Positions 26,575 to 41,400 of a DNA stretch of 64,000 nucleotides are shown piece by piece (the first letter of the stretch is position 1; each line of letters begins with the position of its first letter). The stretch comes from Takakia lepidozioides (Eukaryota > Plantae > Bryophyta). The stretch covers positions 6,448,001 through 6,512,000 of the forward strand of contig CM060731.1 of NCBI GenBank assembly GCA_030704615.1, in the 5' to 3' direction. The position numbers and the translations under genes were made by a program. The notes below the pieces were generated by a model that worked only from the letters and a program-made list of their open reading frames with translations, was not told the origin of the DNA and ran no database searches.

Positions 26575-27430
26575 AGTTAGTGACATCACAAGTTGAAAGT
26601 GATATCACCCTGGAGGTTGATAACCATACATTTATGCTTCACAAGGTACCCTTGTTATTTTTCTCTTTCTCTCTGGAGTTTAAGGGTTCTTTTCATGTTC
26701 TGTAGAATTAATTGAGCTCATTTCTTTTGTTTTTCCCTGAGTGTTAACAAATGGATCGTCTGATTTTGCTAACAACGTTGTACCGGGAAGGGTTTTTTGC
26801 AGTTTCCTCTTGTGCCAAAATGTGGCTAGCCATTGGATTGATTTTAAGGGAGAACCAGGGCTAGATGGGGAATGCGAGTTCAACCTGGAAGTATGTAGAC
26901 AAATAAAGCCTTGTCTTCATTGTTTGACTTTATGTTGCTTGCTTGTGTATGGTTTCTTGGGGTGTCTGCACTAACACCACAACTTATGTTGCTAGCAATC
27001 TTATGGGCCTTTATGTTAGACTGTGACAGGTGGCCGATGTGTTAGAGAAGCAGCTGCGGGAAAATGGGTGGGAAAAACTGCGGCCGGATTGCGACACCCC
27101 CTATCTCTGCTTGGAAGAACATGATCTCAATTGGGTTCCAAGCAGGTGGGCTTGATCTAATATACTTCTTGTTAATGTTAAGAGTAGTTTTATACTACTC
27201 AGTGGCTTTTTGAATGGACATCGTCAATTTTTCTACAGCTTCAATGAGAGAGAAACTGAAGCAAGATGCTCACCCCTAACAGAGTTGAAGGTGAACTGCA
27301 GATATTTGTGGCACAAGACATCATAAAAAATGGTGGGAACATGCCTGTAGCTGAACAGGATGCACTAGCTGACTTTCTACCATCTCTACCTGCACGGACC
27401 CCATGCTTATAAGACGAGTTGTAGGTATGA
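26575..27430 (+). pseudogene. NPH3/RPT2-like (BTB-NPH3) pseudogene fragments
   Basis: SQVESDITLEVDNHTFMLHK|intron|FPLVPKCG* resembles the NRL-family BTB start; later ALADFLPSLPAR resembles the NPH3 domain end; stops present. Confidence 0.6.
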
Positions 27431-28472
27431 GCATTGCATGATCTTTCTTTCTACCTCTGATCGATTCAACTGTGTCATCATCCGTTAACTATGTCAGTTG
27501 TGTCATCATGATTTTGTGTCATCATTCCTGCAGAATTAAAGCCGGTCATGGTGCTCAGTATTTACTAATCGACACTTAAAGGGCAGGATGGCTCCTGAAG
27601 TCTGAATACAACGACATATAGATCTGCCGGTTTCTTTGCCAAAATGGTACAGCACCACAGAGTTTCTCTTGGGTAGGGACGGCAAGTACCTAGACCATGC
27701 ATAAGAGTAAGAATGATTCAATATGGGGTTTGCAGGAGGGTGCACATAACAAGTGCAACCTCGTCAACGTGAGTTATGGAGAGATATTCATCTGACTATG
27801 GGCATTTCGTTCAGCTGGCAGAGGAAGTAAGTTGGACGATTAATGTACTTGGTCCAAAAAAACTTCCACATAAACAAGAAACAGAGTGAGTTATATCAGT
27901 AGACTTGATTGTTGTCATCGTCCACCATAGATCCTGCCTAGTTGGGTAAAGCAAATAGAGATGGAGTGATGAAACTCTTTCCCTTGTGGTTGTAACATTA
28001 ATGGTGCTGCTTTTGCTTCAATTTGCTGGAACGTTTGTGATAAGTTAGTACAATTATATTATATATTATAAATTCATTTTATTGTTGATTTGTTGTTATC
28101 TTCGTGAAATTGTTGTATATCATTGAAAGAATACTGGAATTATTTAATATATATATATTCTCATATTTATCAGTTTCCAATTCTTCTTTAATTTGTTATA
28201 TATTTATATGTAACTGAATGTAGGTGTTTATTTTAATTTAGATAATTAATTATTAAAAGATGTTTTCAGTCTTGTAATATCCATATGTTTTCAACTTTTC
28301 AAAATTTTCAGATCTTAGATCCCTTCAGGTCCGGATCTATATACCATTTCACATCTACTAACAATAATATTGCAAAATCAAATGTTTTATATTTCATATA
28401 CTTTTAAGATTTTTATTATTATTTAACATGTATTTCTTATATAATATCATTTATAATTTACAATTCTAGCTC

Positions 28473-29210
28473 ATGATGATCTATATTCATCGCTACAAAC
28501 GAACTTGTACGAACAAAAATCAAGCAGTATGCCGTTTCCATTATCCATTACCTCCCATGATTTTAGAACCTTTTCAACAAGACTTAGATGACAATGATAC
28601 AAGACGCTATGCAAAGATAGCAAACGATATATTTGATAAAATGGATGTTAATACAAATATTTCATTCAACAAATTTGATGGATTATTTAATTTAGAAATG
28701 AACACATATATAGATTTTTTACGAAGTCGACTGAAAAACCAATAATATTTTTAAAAAGAGCATTTAAAGATATTCGTACAAATGTTAAATTAGCAAACAA
28801 GCGGGAATCTGAATATATAGCTGCAACATTTAATTTGAATACCAGGAAAACAATTCATATTATTGCGGTCTATAAACCTCCAACACTACAATTTACTGTT
28901 TTCTTATCTTCTCTAAAAAAGCTCATTGATAATATCCCACATACATGCCCAACAATAATAATAGGAGATTTTAATGGAGATCTTTTACAAAATAATACCG
29001 TAACAACAAATCAATTGCAAAAAATTCATGTTTTCTTTTCACATGCAACTCCAATTTCCAATTAGTACTACTATTTATGGATCTCAACTAGATCATGTTT
29101 GGACAAATGGACGTCACCAACATTGCATATCTAGCATTACATAAGCATATTGGACAGCCAAAAACTTGTATTTATTGCTTTTAAATTACATAATTATATT
29201 CCGTGCTACC
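28473..29210 (+). mobile_element. Helentron/Helitron2-like remnant (Rep fragment + apurinic-type endonuclease fragment)
   Basis: IHRYKRTCTNKNQAVCRFHYPLPPM (Rep region), followed by IIAVYKPP...TIIIGDFNGDLL...SQLDHVWTN (EEP/APE motifs); helicase absent. Confidence 0.68.
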
Positions 29211-32200
29211 AACATTCTCCTAGCCTACCCTTGGTGGTGGCCATATATCTTGTGCTTATGCCTCAAGGTTACTTTGAACGAGGTTTTTATTATTATTATT
29301 ATTTAAGGGAAACACCTGGGAGCGACGAAAGATGTTATAATTTCCTCTCACTATAATTAAGGGCCTACATAAATTCATAGATAAAACATGCCAGACCAAG
29401 CATCTCTGTACCATGCCTAAATGTATGGTTTTATGTCCATAGCATCAACATTTCTTGGTGATTTGTCCTTCAGTTGATAACATAAATTCAAGGTGTGCCA
29501 CCTTACACTATTGGGAAAATTAAAAAAATACATATTGTTATAGAGCCGTGATTACAATATCTCAAACTTCGTCTCTTATTGAAACTATACACAACTATTT
29601 GTCAATAAATGCTACGTAGACATACATAATTGTGTTAGGAAAGAAGTGTCTAGTCGCGGAATTCCTTGCCTTTGTGAATAGCATATGGACATTCATCTAC
29701 AATTAAATTTAGAGCTCATAAAATTATGCACTTGCATCATTTTCTCATCCATTTTTTCGTCATCATTTATTATACACCAAGGAGGTGTTGGTACTGATGC
29801 TCACTAGTCTCTTCCTGTAAGGAGGTCTCATTCCTCTTGATGTGATTTAAAGGCCCACTGTCCCCTTCGGTGTAAGAAGAAGATGACATTGATGTGGTTT
29901 CAGCCTAAAACAAAAGACAACACTGCCCTGAATTGATATGGAGAATGATATGGAGTGGCCTATTATAGAGAAGGTGAAGGCCAAAAGCCATTCGTGGAAT
30001 CACAATGAATGCACCGGAATGATTACAAAGATTATAGCATTTGTAGTTCTGGCATTTCTCCACTACTCTAAGCTCCATGGGATGCAATAATGCAACAACA
30101 AAATTGATTAGGTCCAATGTTTTTTCTAAAAAACATTTAAGGGAAAGGGACAACTTGAAATGCCCAAATGATGCTTTGTGTAGAACGCTGACTGTTTATT
30201 GGCTCCTCCCTATAACGAGAGACCACGCATTGGTGCCAAAAATGAGTAAGATCCTGATATACCTTCACCGGAAAACACCCAAAAATAACATATATACCTG
30301 CACTAGTTAATATTTCTCCTGATATTAATGAGCGTCAAAAAAAATTTATTTTTATTTTTATTTTTGTGAAATATGTTTGTAACCAATAACAACCACCAGT
30401 AAATGGCTGGACATCGGTGAAAGCCGGTCGTTGTTTCTTCTTCCATGCTCTTTTGTTTGCAAAAGCCGGGCCTTCATCGTTCTCCCTGCCCCTGGGATGT
30501 GGGAGTGGAGGAATGGTGACTTGTGAAACTCTGTTTGAGGACAACTTATAGTCTATATACTCTTTTGAAACTCACCAAGTGGAGAAGCAGGGGGCACACT
30601 CTTTTGGTATTACCCTTTCAAATGCACAAGCGGCTGTAGGTGTTGTGGTCCGTGTGGCATCAGACTGCCGACAACAATTTAAGGTCCAAATGTTGATCTC
30701 ACTTCCAGGTGTTTTCAACTCTTATCACCAAAGCTATTGCAACTAGACAACCTGGTGTTCCACCGGCTTCTGATATCAAATAACCCAGGTGAAAGAATTC
30801 AGATCCTCCTTTGCTTGTGTGAGTCCGATGTCTTACTTTTAGAGATTTGGGGAAGTCTGGTTTGTGTTTTTGAATGTGAGTAGCTGGAGTCTCGAGAGGT
30901 CCTATGGTGTACAGGCTGTGCTGTATGCTTTTGTGCCCGCTGTGCTAAGGAGACCTACAGTTGTGACCCCAGTCTCAGTGGGCAGCCGATGGCCTCGAGT
31001 CATTGTGTCACAAGTAGCCTTGTAAAGCAATCCACCTGATGTTTTGATGCGTCATGTTTATACAGTTGTTGTATTTTGAGCAAGAAAAGAAGGATTGGCC
31101 TAAAGGTACTGGCCCCAACATCTCAGTGATTGTGCCTTATGTTCCCTTGATTTAGATCATCATTGCTTCTGGAGCTATGAAACTGCTGGAAAAAACCCTT
31201 GAAGATAGTTATTAAAATTGTTCCCCCATGGAAAGGTTCACTTTCTGATGGTGCAGGTGCATGCATTGAATCATGTTTTGTGGAAATGTAGCCATTAGTG
31301 AGTATGCCAATGAGTCACATTCAGTCATGGGGGCATGGTTCGGACTAGGAACAAATTTTTTTTGCTTAGGAAATTTCTTGAATAGTCACAAATCTTTCTT
31401 AATCCCACGTGATAAAAGTCCAAGTCCTTCCCTTTTGCATCTCGCTCGCACACATATCATCAGAGATAGATAAGCATAGCTTAACATCTCCCCAAACCCC
31501 ACCCAGTTCTCCACATTCTTGTCTGTTTCCCTTCTCGTTTTCTCTAACTACTACCCTAGAAGTGGTGAAGGTATGGTCACATTTACCCTGGTCTGGCAGT
31601 ATTGGTTGTGTAGGAGGACAGTGTGAAAACATGGAGGGGTATTTTAGCTGGCATATATTTTCTACATTTTCAAGTCTATTGGCTGGATAAAACTGTGAAG
31701 TAGGAAGTAAATGAAAAATGTTGGTTCATGCCATTCAAATGGCCTAGGCCATGATACCTGTGCTAGTAGAAGGAGGTTCAAGTTGCTTTGTTGCTATCAT
31801 GTAACGAGGGTTCCAAGCAGGAGTATTTTGGGTGCAGCTAGCGATGGCCAAGGATCGGGATGCCGCCTTTTTCAAGAAATTGGAGGGTTTGCAGTGTCCG
31901 AGTTGAAAGCTGGCACTCACATTTTTGTTGTATATGGTGAGTGCTTCCTTACTATTTTTTGTGACTCGTGGACCTGATGTCCAGAAATAGTTGTACATAT
32001 AGAGGTCAAGAGAAGCCCATAATAGCCCGTCAAGGAGAAGCCAAAGAGACACATTGGTTATCCGACCAACAGGCTGCCTGACGACTGAGGGACATGACAG
32101 GCATAAGTGAGGGTGAGATGGACAAAATGGGACACAAAATACAGATGGACAAAGGACACATAAATCTCTCCATATACAGCCACTATCAAATTGAAGATCA

Positions 32201-33529
32201 TCAAGCCAAGTCATAGCATAACATCCAGTGAGATTATATGAACCCTCCTTGTACAGTTTTCCTTGGAACAAGTTCATGATAGTATGACCAACTTGCCACA
32301 AACCAGCAAAGCAAGGTCATGCAATGGGCTGCAAGTAAGTACCTTGCGAACGCAATCAAGGACGTGAAACTGGTGGGGCGCATGAAAGATACTCACAAGG
32401 CAGACCTGTAGCATCACATGCGGTGGGTCAATCCACTAGAAGAAAAACGCGGAATAACCATTGGCCCCCTTAACCACTCTTGTCTTTTATCACTCTATAA
32501 ATCACTCCAAGTAATGGTAACCACTGGTTAGTGATTAATTCCGATGAAATGCCACGGTGGCATCATATGGAGTGGTTGGAAGTGGTTTCAACCACTGAGT
32601 AATCCACGTGTAATATTTAATTTTATATTTATTATTCGACATTAGGTCAAATATTTATATTAATAATGATAATATCCGACATGGACGGGTACAGTGATAA
32701 ATTATGAGTGGTTAAAGACATCTCAGTGATGGGAAGTGGTTGAAACCACTTTCTACTCCACGTGTAATATTTTTTTTTTAAAGATTTTTATCATTTCAAA
32801 ATATATTATTCCACGTGGACGAGGATAATATACGTAGATCTGGAGTGGTTAAAGACCCCCCATTGATTGGTACCACTTACACAGTGGTGGAATGTGAGTG
32901 GTTAAGACCCTTTTGTAACTGGAACCACTCTTCAAGTGGGCACTTATGAGTGGTTACATACACGTGAGTGATTGGTACTACTTCTGGGGTGGGTTGTGAG
33001 TGGTTGAAGACACCTGAGTGATGGGAGGTGATTGAAACCACTTGCTACTCCACGTGTAATAATTCAATTTTTATTTAAGATTTATCATTTCAAAATATAT
33101 TTAATTATGAACTATATTATTCCGCGTGGACGGGGACAGTATACGTAGATCTGGAGTGGATAAAGATCCCCATTGATTGGTACCACTTTGAGAGTGGTGT
33201 AGAGTGAGTGGTTATAGAGCATTTAGTAACTGGAACCACTCTGCTAGTGGTTGGAACCACTAGGAGAGTGGTTACGCGTTAGTGATTACATACACACCAG
33301 TGATTGGTATTACTGCTGTGGTGAAAAAATTTAGTAGTTTGTGTGTTGATGGAAAACCCAAAATCCATCCATCTATCGCTACATTCATCCATCCAGTCAT
33401 GAGTGGGGACTTCGCGTTTTTTTTGTCTTCCCTGCCATTGTGGCATCTGTTTGTTTTCTTTGTGTCAAGTTTGATCGTGAAAGACAAACATGACAGAGCT
33501 ATGTTTGTTTTTTTATAGTGTCGAGTCTG

Positions 33530-33885
33530 ATCATGAGAGACGACGAGCGGAGCTGGTGGGATAGGGACAGACATGGACTCAAGACCTAGAATCGGGGCAT
33601 GAAGGTGTGCATGATGGTGGGACAACCGCGATCGCAAGGTGTGGCTTTTTCTCAATGTACAATGACGAGCAAAGCTGGTGGGATAGGGGGCAAACAGGGA
33701 CTCAAGACCTAGAATCCAGGCATGAAGGTGTGCACGATGATGGGACAACCGCGATCGCAAGGTGTGGTTTTTCTCAATGTACAATGACGAGCAGAGCTAG
33801 TGGGATAGGGGGCAGACATGGACTCACGCCCTAGAATCGGGGCATGAAGGCATGCACGATGGTGGGACAACCGCGATCACGGGTT
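33530..33885. repeat. About 123-bp tandem repeat x~3 inside the CACTA
   Basis: GACAACCGCGATC recurs at 33621, 33744, 33866. Confidence 0.88.
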
Positions 33886-35903
33886 TTGATACTCATGGGA
33901 GAAGGAACATCATTCTGAATTACAGTAGGAGGTCATGAAAGTGCTTGAGTGCTATGGAATGGGTGTCTCTGCTAGTGAAGTGTTGCTGGTGTACTGCCTT
34001 TAGATGTTGCTCATGCCAGCGGTACAATCATTAAAGTAGGGGATGTCTTGTGTGAAGAGATGGTGAAAGGATTGTTGAACATTTGTTGAACTTAGTTGGA
34101 AGGAGGACATGTGGTCTTTATATGAAGGTAAGTCTTACTACCAACGTCAGCCCCTGACAGAGGTAGGTTCTGTTCCTTTTGTTCCCACTCTAACTGGGCG
34201 CGGGGTCAATGGCCACAAGGCTACGGCAAACAACGTCTTATGAATACAATCTCACCCTTAGTTCCTTCCAAATTGTGGAAGCAATTGAGCATTTTCATGA
34301 CGTGTAGGGTTTAGGGTAGGGTTTGTGTAAATCAGAGGTAGAGGCAGAACCGAGCAAGGTTTAGGGTAAATCTAAGTGAGTAAGAGGCTGGGGTGTATGG
34401 CGGAGGAATGATCTTTGGAGTGATGAACTGATGGAGAAGGGAGTGTGTGGGGCTGGACTGAGAGTGAGGGAGAGGCTGGAGAATGGCTCATGAAATGTAT
34501 ATGCTTACAATGACTGAGATGGTGATTGGTTTATATAACCAAGCCTATTACTACTATGATTGGCTTGTGAACTTAAGGCATGAGTGGTTGATTGTTTCAT
34601 TTCGAACCTGATATGCTTTGAGCCTGGTTCCGGAGATTTATCTCCAAACCTGCAATCTGCTTTTGTGATGAGTTTACAATCTGCATATATGGTGGTAAAT
34701 GTTATATATCAAACCATGGTTCTTTCCTAAATGTGAATGACCTGGAAACTTTATTAGAAAGATGAATGGCTTACGAGTTGGACTATGTATGGCTTGATTG
34801 CGGGATTAAATTTCAAAGGGTTAGAACATGTGTTAGGGTTTTAATACTGAATGGATGTGGGACATTGCTAGGGCGCCAGAGCATGACATTCCATGCATTC
34901 ACGCCATTGGATGCCAAACTTTTCTTGGCACGTTGGGCCAAGGTTTGTATGCGTTCACGAACTGCCGACCTTGCTCGTTGCCCGGTTGACCTTATTTTCC
35001 ATCATTGCTAACTTTGTGGGGTGGAGGGGCTTGTGTTAGGCTGCATCAAAGCGCGCAAAGGAAGGGGGGACTGAGGCTGTGGCGAATGCTACTGGTCCAC
35101 CTACGACATGGGTGCAACAAGGCCCGAATGGCCCATGGGTGCAATCTAGAGGTGGGCAAACGTGGCTGTAGCAAGGAGCACCTACCTGGAGGAGGTGCCC
35201 AAACTTGGAACCCTCCATGCAACGCCGCTGGTGGGCAGTGGGCAGGCCCCCCTTTTATTGGTGTGTGCCATGAATTCTATGCATCAGGTATGGTAAGACA
35301 TACTCATGTACTATACGTTGTTGTTTTGTTGGCATGTAGAAGGGGACTAAAGCAGAGGACCCTGCCCCAGCCATCATGAAGGGAGCTGAGAAGAAGTACA
35401 TGCAAAAATGAGAGCGTGTAACCAGAGCCACTGCTGCCAAAGGCACAAAGTCCTTGACTGATGCAAATGGTGACATAACACCAAGTTCTAGCGGGAGTAA
35501 GAGTCAGGTGGGCCTTCAGGAGGCACCTCTCCATGCAGCAGTTCCGTACTAGAGGTGAGCATGCATGCACCTGTTGGCTATCAGTTCTGTACAATGTGGC
35601 CATTTACATGTTGGGTACTTCAAACTATTAGTAGATGCATTGCTAAATGAAACTGCTAAGGGTGTTGGGCGTGATGTTTGCAGGCTGAGAAAGCCGCTCT
35701 TGATACTGCCACTGACAGTGCACCAACTGCGGCGCCTTCAAAGGCAACCCCCAAATATCAACCCCCTGCTACAGTGGCAGATATTCTTATGCTACCAAAA
35801 GTACTCTACACTTCCAGTGATTGCTTATACTGGGCGGTCCTCATTATCTAGTTTTCAATGTTCTTCATGGGTTGATTAATGTGAGTTTTATGGTGGGTGC
35901 TAT

Positions 35904-36179
35904 GTGCAGTTTAAGTTGAAGGACAAAATCAGCCTGTATGATCCTCATTTACCACGACACAGGGCTGCCAGTGGAATTGTCACTGGTGTGCCTGGCAAAG
36001 ATACATATCACTGCCGTGTTATACCTGAGAGATTGTGGCGGGTTGAGGTGAGTGATATCTATATTGTCAATTGTGTCTTGCCTCACCCTAACGAGGAAGA
36101 GGTCCCACCGCAAACAATGTTGGAGGATGTCGTTGGTCTGAATTGTCTTTGGCCAGAGAAGAACATGCAGAGGGCTTAG
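35904..36179 (+). pseudogene. CACTA TnpA/Tnp1-like C-terminal domain exon remnant
   Basis: AASGIV...YHCRVIPERLWRVEVSDI...LPHPNEE...LEDVVGLNCLWP fits the En/Spm accessory-protein C-terminal pattern. Confidence 0.62.
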
Positions 36180-37914
36180 ATCTCGTTCACCCGGGCATAG
36201 ACATTGCTGGTAGTGAGAAGAAGGCATGAAAGTAGTTCAGTGTTCCTAGCATGCATGCAGAGACGCCGTGTAGAAGTTAGGCTTAGTGCTTTTATCATGG
36301 CTGGATTTTGTTGACAGTGTTCCAGCACTTAACTCTCTGGGATTCTTTTCTATTTTGTGGAGCTTGAATCCCCAATGGTACTTCTTTAAACACTACACTA
36401 GTGGTATGTGTTCTTCTAGTCATGTTCATAATCACTTGCACATCACTATAATAGTGGTATAATTTAAAACTGTGGGAGTAGCCAAATGCACATAATTGCT
36501 TACATTACCACTTGTATAGTGGTATAAGTAGTCACATGTATATTACTATACTAGTGGTATGAATTCCTCCAGTGGTATTCCTAATCACTTACACACCACT
36601 CTGTTAGTAATGACTCCAATCCATAGTCCCCACTCAGAGAGACACCATGAATGACTCAAATAGCTTACACACCACTCTGTGGGTAATCATTCCAATGACC
36701 TGCTGAGAGACGTCATCCACTCACATAACCACTCTGTGAGTGATATTGTATATTCTCAGTTTTCATAGAATGACTCTATGAGTCATTTTGTGGTCACTCA
36801 ACAAGTGGTTTCGGAAGTCATTGAATTTTTCACTCCATCCATTTCATAGCACTGACACACGACACGTGTCCATGCTGAGAGTGTTGCCATGTGTCGACAT
36901 AATCTCCAATATCATCCACGGACCACCAGCTTACACGTCTCCACTACAAAACGGAAGTGGTTACTTTACCACTGACACATCAGTTTACCACTGTGACACG
37001 TCATAAGTGGTTGGTTTACCTCAGTGACACGTCATTGACATGTCACAGTGGTTAAATTTACCACTGTGATACGTCAGCTAACAGGTGGACCCGGACGTGA
37101 GTGGTTCGAACCACTGTCATTAACCACCGGTGCCACGTAATGTCTTTTACCACTCACTTGTCCTAATGCACTAGTTCTTTATCACTCTGGGGCCAGAGTG
37201 GTTTAGTGTCTTTTACCACTCAAAATGAGTGGTTAACAGAGTGGTTATTCCGCGTTTTTCTTCTAGTGATCTGCTGGTGAAAGACTGAACACACACCAAG
37301 AAAAGGGAGTGGGAAGGACTGCCGCACATGGTCAAGGAAGCAAGACAACCCAAGGAGAAGAGATTGTGCAGCAAAGAGCAAAAGGAGAAGTCATGTACAA
37401 TCTGAAATTTCAAAGGAGGGGAACAAGAATTGAATATAATGAGGCTGTAGCGGCATGCAAGGAAAGGGACACCATAAGTGTTGCCAACAAATGCAAATCA
37501 GCACTCATTTATTCAAAAGCACCATGGGAGATGAAGGAAAAGACACCAGCAGGGTTGAAACATAAAAGAGGAGAGCACTTCACTTGCGAAGAAGGTGACG
37601 AATTGAAGAACGAGGCTGATAGCTGGCTGAACAAGAAAGAAGGGAGGGTGTGGGAAACCCTGCCAGGAGAGGTTTGCTATTTCATGAGCATGAGCGGCAT
37701 GAGCGGCATGAGCGGAGTAGTAAGACAATCGGTTTTCATGAGCAGAAGTACAAATTTCGAAATTAAAAAACAATTAAAAAACAATAATTTAATGCAATGT
37801 GTCAGGAAAAACAAATATATTATTCGGCCCCTTGAAGGGAAAATTGCAGTTTTGACAGTTGTGCTCATAATATTTCGTCTTCCGCTCATGCCAATTCCCA
37901 GCGACATGTGCAAA

Positions 37915-38275
37915 TATGGCGCCGAATTTCGCGGTAATAGGGTCCGTAACCTCAAAAAACGGCGACGTATTTCGCGGTAATAGGTCTCTCTGGCGAAAAA
38001 TGGTGTCGAATTCCGCGGCTATAGGTCCCCTCATGACAGGTAATTTGGTGCCATTTTTCCAGTGCATGTTCGGACTTAGCCAGTTTTCGGCGCAAAATAG
38101 GGAAATTCGGCGTCATTTTTCCAGACACTGTACCAGTGCATGTTGGGACTTAGCCAGTTTTCGGCCCAAAAAAGAGAAATTCGGCGCCATTTTTCCAGAC
38201 ACAGTACCAGTGCATGTTGGGACTTAGCCAGTTTTCGGCCCCAAAAAGAGAAATTCGGTGCCATTTTTCCAGAAA
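37915..38275. repeat. Subterminal repeat array of element B (~75-bp units with GAAATTCGGCGCCATTTTTCC)
   Basis: Three CCAGTGCATGTT(C/G)GGACTTAGCCAGTTTTCGG units plus shorter GGCGCCGAATTTCGCGGTAATAGG units. Confidence 0.85.
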
Positions 38276-38427
38276 TGGCCCCACAACTGCTTTTGTTGGA
38301 TCTCAGTTTGAATGGAATATTGCCTCATTCCAGGAGTTTTGGGGTGCATTTCATTACACTGCAAAAAAAAATCTGATACAGCAAAATGCAATTGAAAATA
38401 TCCATATGGAAGATTCCCTTTGCCCCA

Positions 38428-41400
38428 TCAATGATTTCTGGAATCCCTAAGGAGGAGTTTGTGCAGCTCGTTCACGCTCAACGCCGGTGCATGAATAAAG
38501 TCATCAATAGTCACGTTCATCCTCAACCTCTTCAGGTAAATGTAATACAGATGCTTGCACGGATAATACTTCGAACCCTTCTTTGCTTCCATCAACGAGA
38601 AGTCCGTACAATTGCAAGTCGGCTCCACTCCAGTCGTAATTGTGTATACATCGTCGCGTACAGCCGAGCCGGCCGTTGCCATCCGATACACACGCCCAAG
38701 GCCGGGTGGGGGTACGTCCACGGAGCTCTGAATAGTGCAAGCCATCCCAAGAGCATTGGCAATCCGAGTCTCATTCAACTTGTTGGGAGGGTGTCGTCTC
38801 TTCACTCTTCCGAATCGCATTGTGGGATGTGCAGAATTGTCCAATCCGTCTCTACTGGACCGAGCAGTCTGCAATGGCTGGGTCTGAGGAACCGGAAATG
38901 CGTGGGTCGGGATGTCTGTGCGTTGCACCATTCGAAATCCTGCTGCAGATAGAGCATCCGCCTCATTCTGAGAGAGGCTGCAACCCGGTGCAACAGGCCA
39001 GACGCCCGGAGGCTCCGGCATTCCCCGAATCCCGTACTTGGGCTTGCCAAATACACAGGTCATTATGTCGTGCCTACAGAACCAAAATGTCTGCGTTGTG
39101 GCGTGAGCAAATGTGGGAGTCAAAAATCTGTCGCTGAAACAAGGTGCAGGTACAGCATCGTGTGGGTTCCTCCGAATCATCTCACCACAGCGTGCTCTCG
39201 TATCCACCCGGATGGCGCAGCACTTCCCTCGAAATGCCGGCAATGTCCTCGCAATTCTCCACTGTGACTCCGACACTCTTGTCTCCACAATGGGAATGTT
39301 GTACTGCTTTACTACAGATGGCTCGTTATGTTGCCGGGGCACGCGCCCTGTGCTCAAAGGAGATGGCGATCTTGAACGTGCAGGACTTGCGGTGCTCGAC
39401 GAGACCTCCTCGGGCAACATCACCGGACCATGAGGGAGCGTGCAAATATTCTTGTCGGCTCGCCATGAATCCTCTTCCCCGCCGGGTGCCTCGTCAAGTC
39501 TTCGTCTCACTGGACGGGTATGAACATCTCCTTCCAAATGTTGGCCTCTTCGCAGCAATGGCGTGTCCCGAAGGCCCTCTCGCAAGGCCGCCGCCCACTT
39601 CCGAGGATTCTTCGATCTAGAGGCAGTCCGCATCAGCATTTCCTGCCTGTCCGGCCCCAAGCCCCACTGTTTCCCTTTCAAGAACTCGTTGTACCTGCAT
39701 TGTTGCATAATTGACCTCAAAATGTCCTCCGTTGTGGCAGTGAGGATGTCCACCAGATGCGCCGCAGAGGAGGCACGCCAGGAAGAGTGCACTGATTCGG
39801 CCAAGTTTGTCGTGGGCATGTTGGTGTCGGAGTCGAGACACATTTCCTGCACAAGCACATGTTGAGGTTACAAGCAAGTTACAAATATGGCCAAGAATAA
39901 TATTCAACGGGACGCGAATTCGTGCAACTCACCTCCCGCATATAGTCGCCGAACTGGAGGAAACGATAATGCCACCATGCTAGCCAACTGACCATTGCTC
40001 CCTCGTCTGATTTCCTTACAGCACCTGACGATGTCCACCAAGCCCGTATACATGCAAACTGTGTCTCTGCATCATCCAAGGTGGGAGCGCGCTTCCACGC
40101 AAGGCACATGGAACGGTGCTCATCTTTGAAATCTGGCGCCACGAGCCTGGTTGTGTAATGCGAAAGGCTCTGCAGAAAATGGAACCCACAAGATCTCTCC
40201 TTGCCTTCCATGGGAACATTGGGGTCTTGCCCGTACACCCTTCGGATGGCAGCCCAATTTGCTTGTGCGTTGTCCGCCATGAAACCACGGAAATTGGGAG
40301 GGGCAATCCCGCCTTGTCTATCTGTTCGTTTATTCCCTGCCAAAGAAGCATCTCCGATTGTGTGTCCTCTCCTTTCATCTCACAAATAGCAATTGTCATT
40401 AGCATCCTGCAGTGGGTGTCGTAGACATGTGCACCCATTGTCACCCACTGATGATTTGTAATTCGCTTGATATGGTCGAACATGACCCAACTGTTTGACA
40501 AGTCCCCACTCGTCATCCTGTCGACCAGTTCGACGCCGCTGCCAGGTCCACACGTGGACATTTTGAATACGAAACAACGATCTGCCTCAGTCCCTTGTCC
40601 TGGAAACCTACTTCCATGAATGTAGTCATATCCACATTGTCGCTTCACCTCCAGAATGGAGTGCATATCCGAGCCACGCCCAATTTTCTGTTTGCATGAG
40701 ACAATGTGGTTTCGGACATTCGGTGAACATACGTGGGACACCGACTCCAGCAATGCCTCCATTTCCTTCTCATCGAGAGGAACTCTATCGGAGCCGTCTT
40801 CCGACATAATTCTGGCCAATGCCATCTTATGGGCGGCTTGGAGCTGTATCTGTTTGGGTTTGGCACCCGGTCTCAACTTAACCTCCTCCTGAACGAGCTG
40901 CTCTGCCTCGTGGGCAGCCTCCCGCGAGTTCCCCCTCGCCAAATTGTGACAATGGGAACCAACGTGTATGCAAGCTCGGGTGAGGTCAGGGAAACGGTGC
41001 AACACATAGAACTGCTTGGCATTACAAACAGACATGCAGTGTGGTGGTTCTTTGCAATGTGCACACTTAAATGTGGAGTTCGGAACCTTCTCCTGAGCTC
41101 GAAATGGTTGATGAGCTGTGCCTGTCCAATCGGTCTCGTTCCTGTGACCTCTGGATTTAAAGTGGAAGCAAGTTGGGGAGAAACACCGCAACGCGCCCGC
41201 ACAAACAACGTAGCGCACCCGCACACCATCGAGCATCTTCATGCTGGTGGTTTTGGTAACGCACCAAGGATGACCGTCATGTTTTCTATCCATATCTGTC
41301 AACATTCCGGACGCCCTCGAGTAGTCCGCCCGAGGAGGGAACTCAAAGAAGATATTACCGTCGACGTCGGCGGGAAGGCATATAACCGATTTAATTGCGA

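Larger units (their letters stand above)
32434..37268. mobile_element. Non-autonomous CACTA (En/Spm) element
   Basis: TIR CACTAGAAGAAAAACGCGGAATAACCA / TGGTTATTCCGCGTTTTTCTTCTAGTG, 3-bp TSD ATC, dense subterminal ACCACT/AGTGGT repeats. Confidence 0.95.

Noticed and set aside
29900-32300. Possible gene fragments (short ORFs, including 31744-32301)
   Set aside because: No recognisable motifs or consistent exon structure
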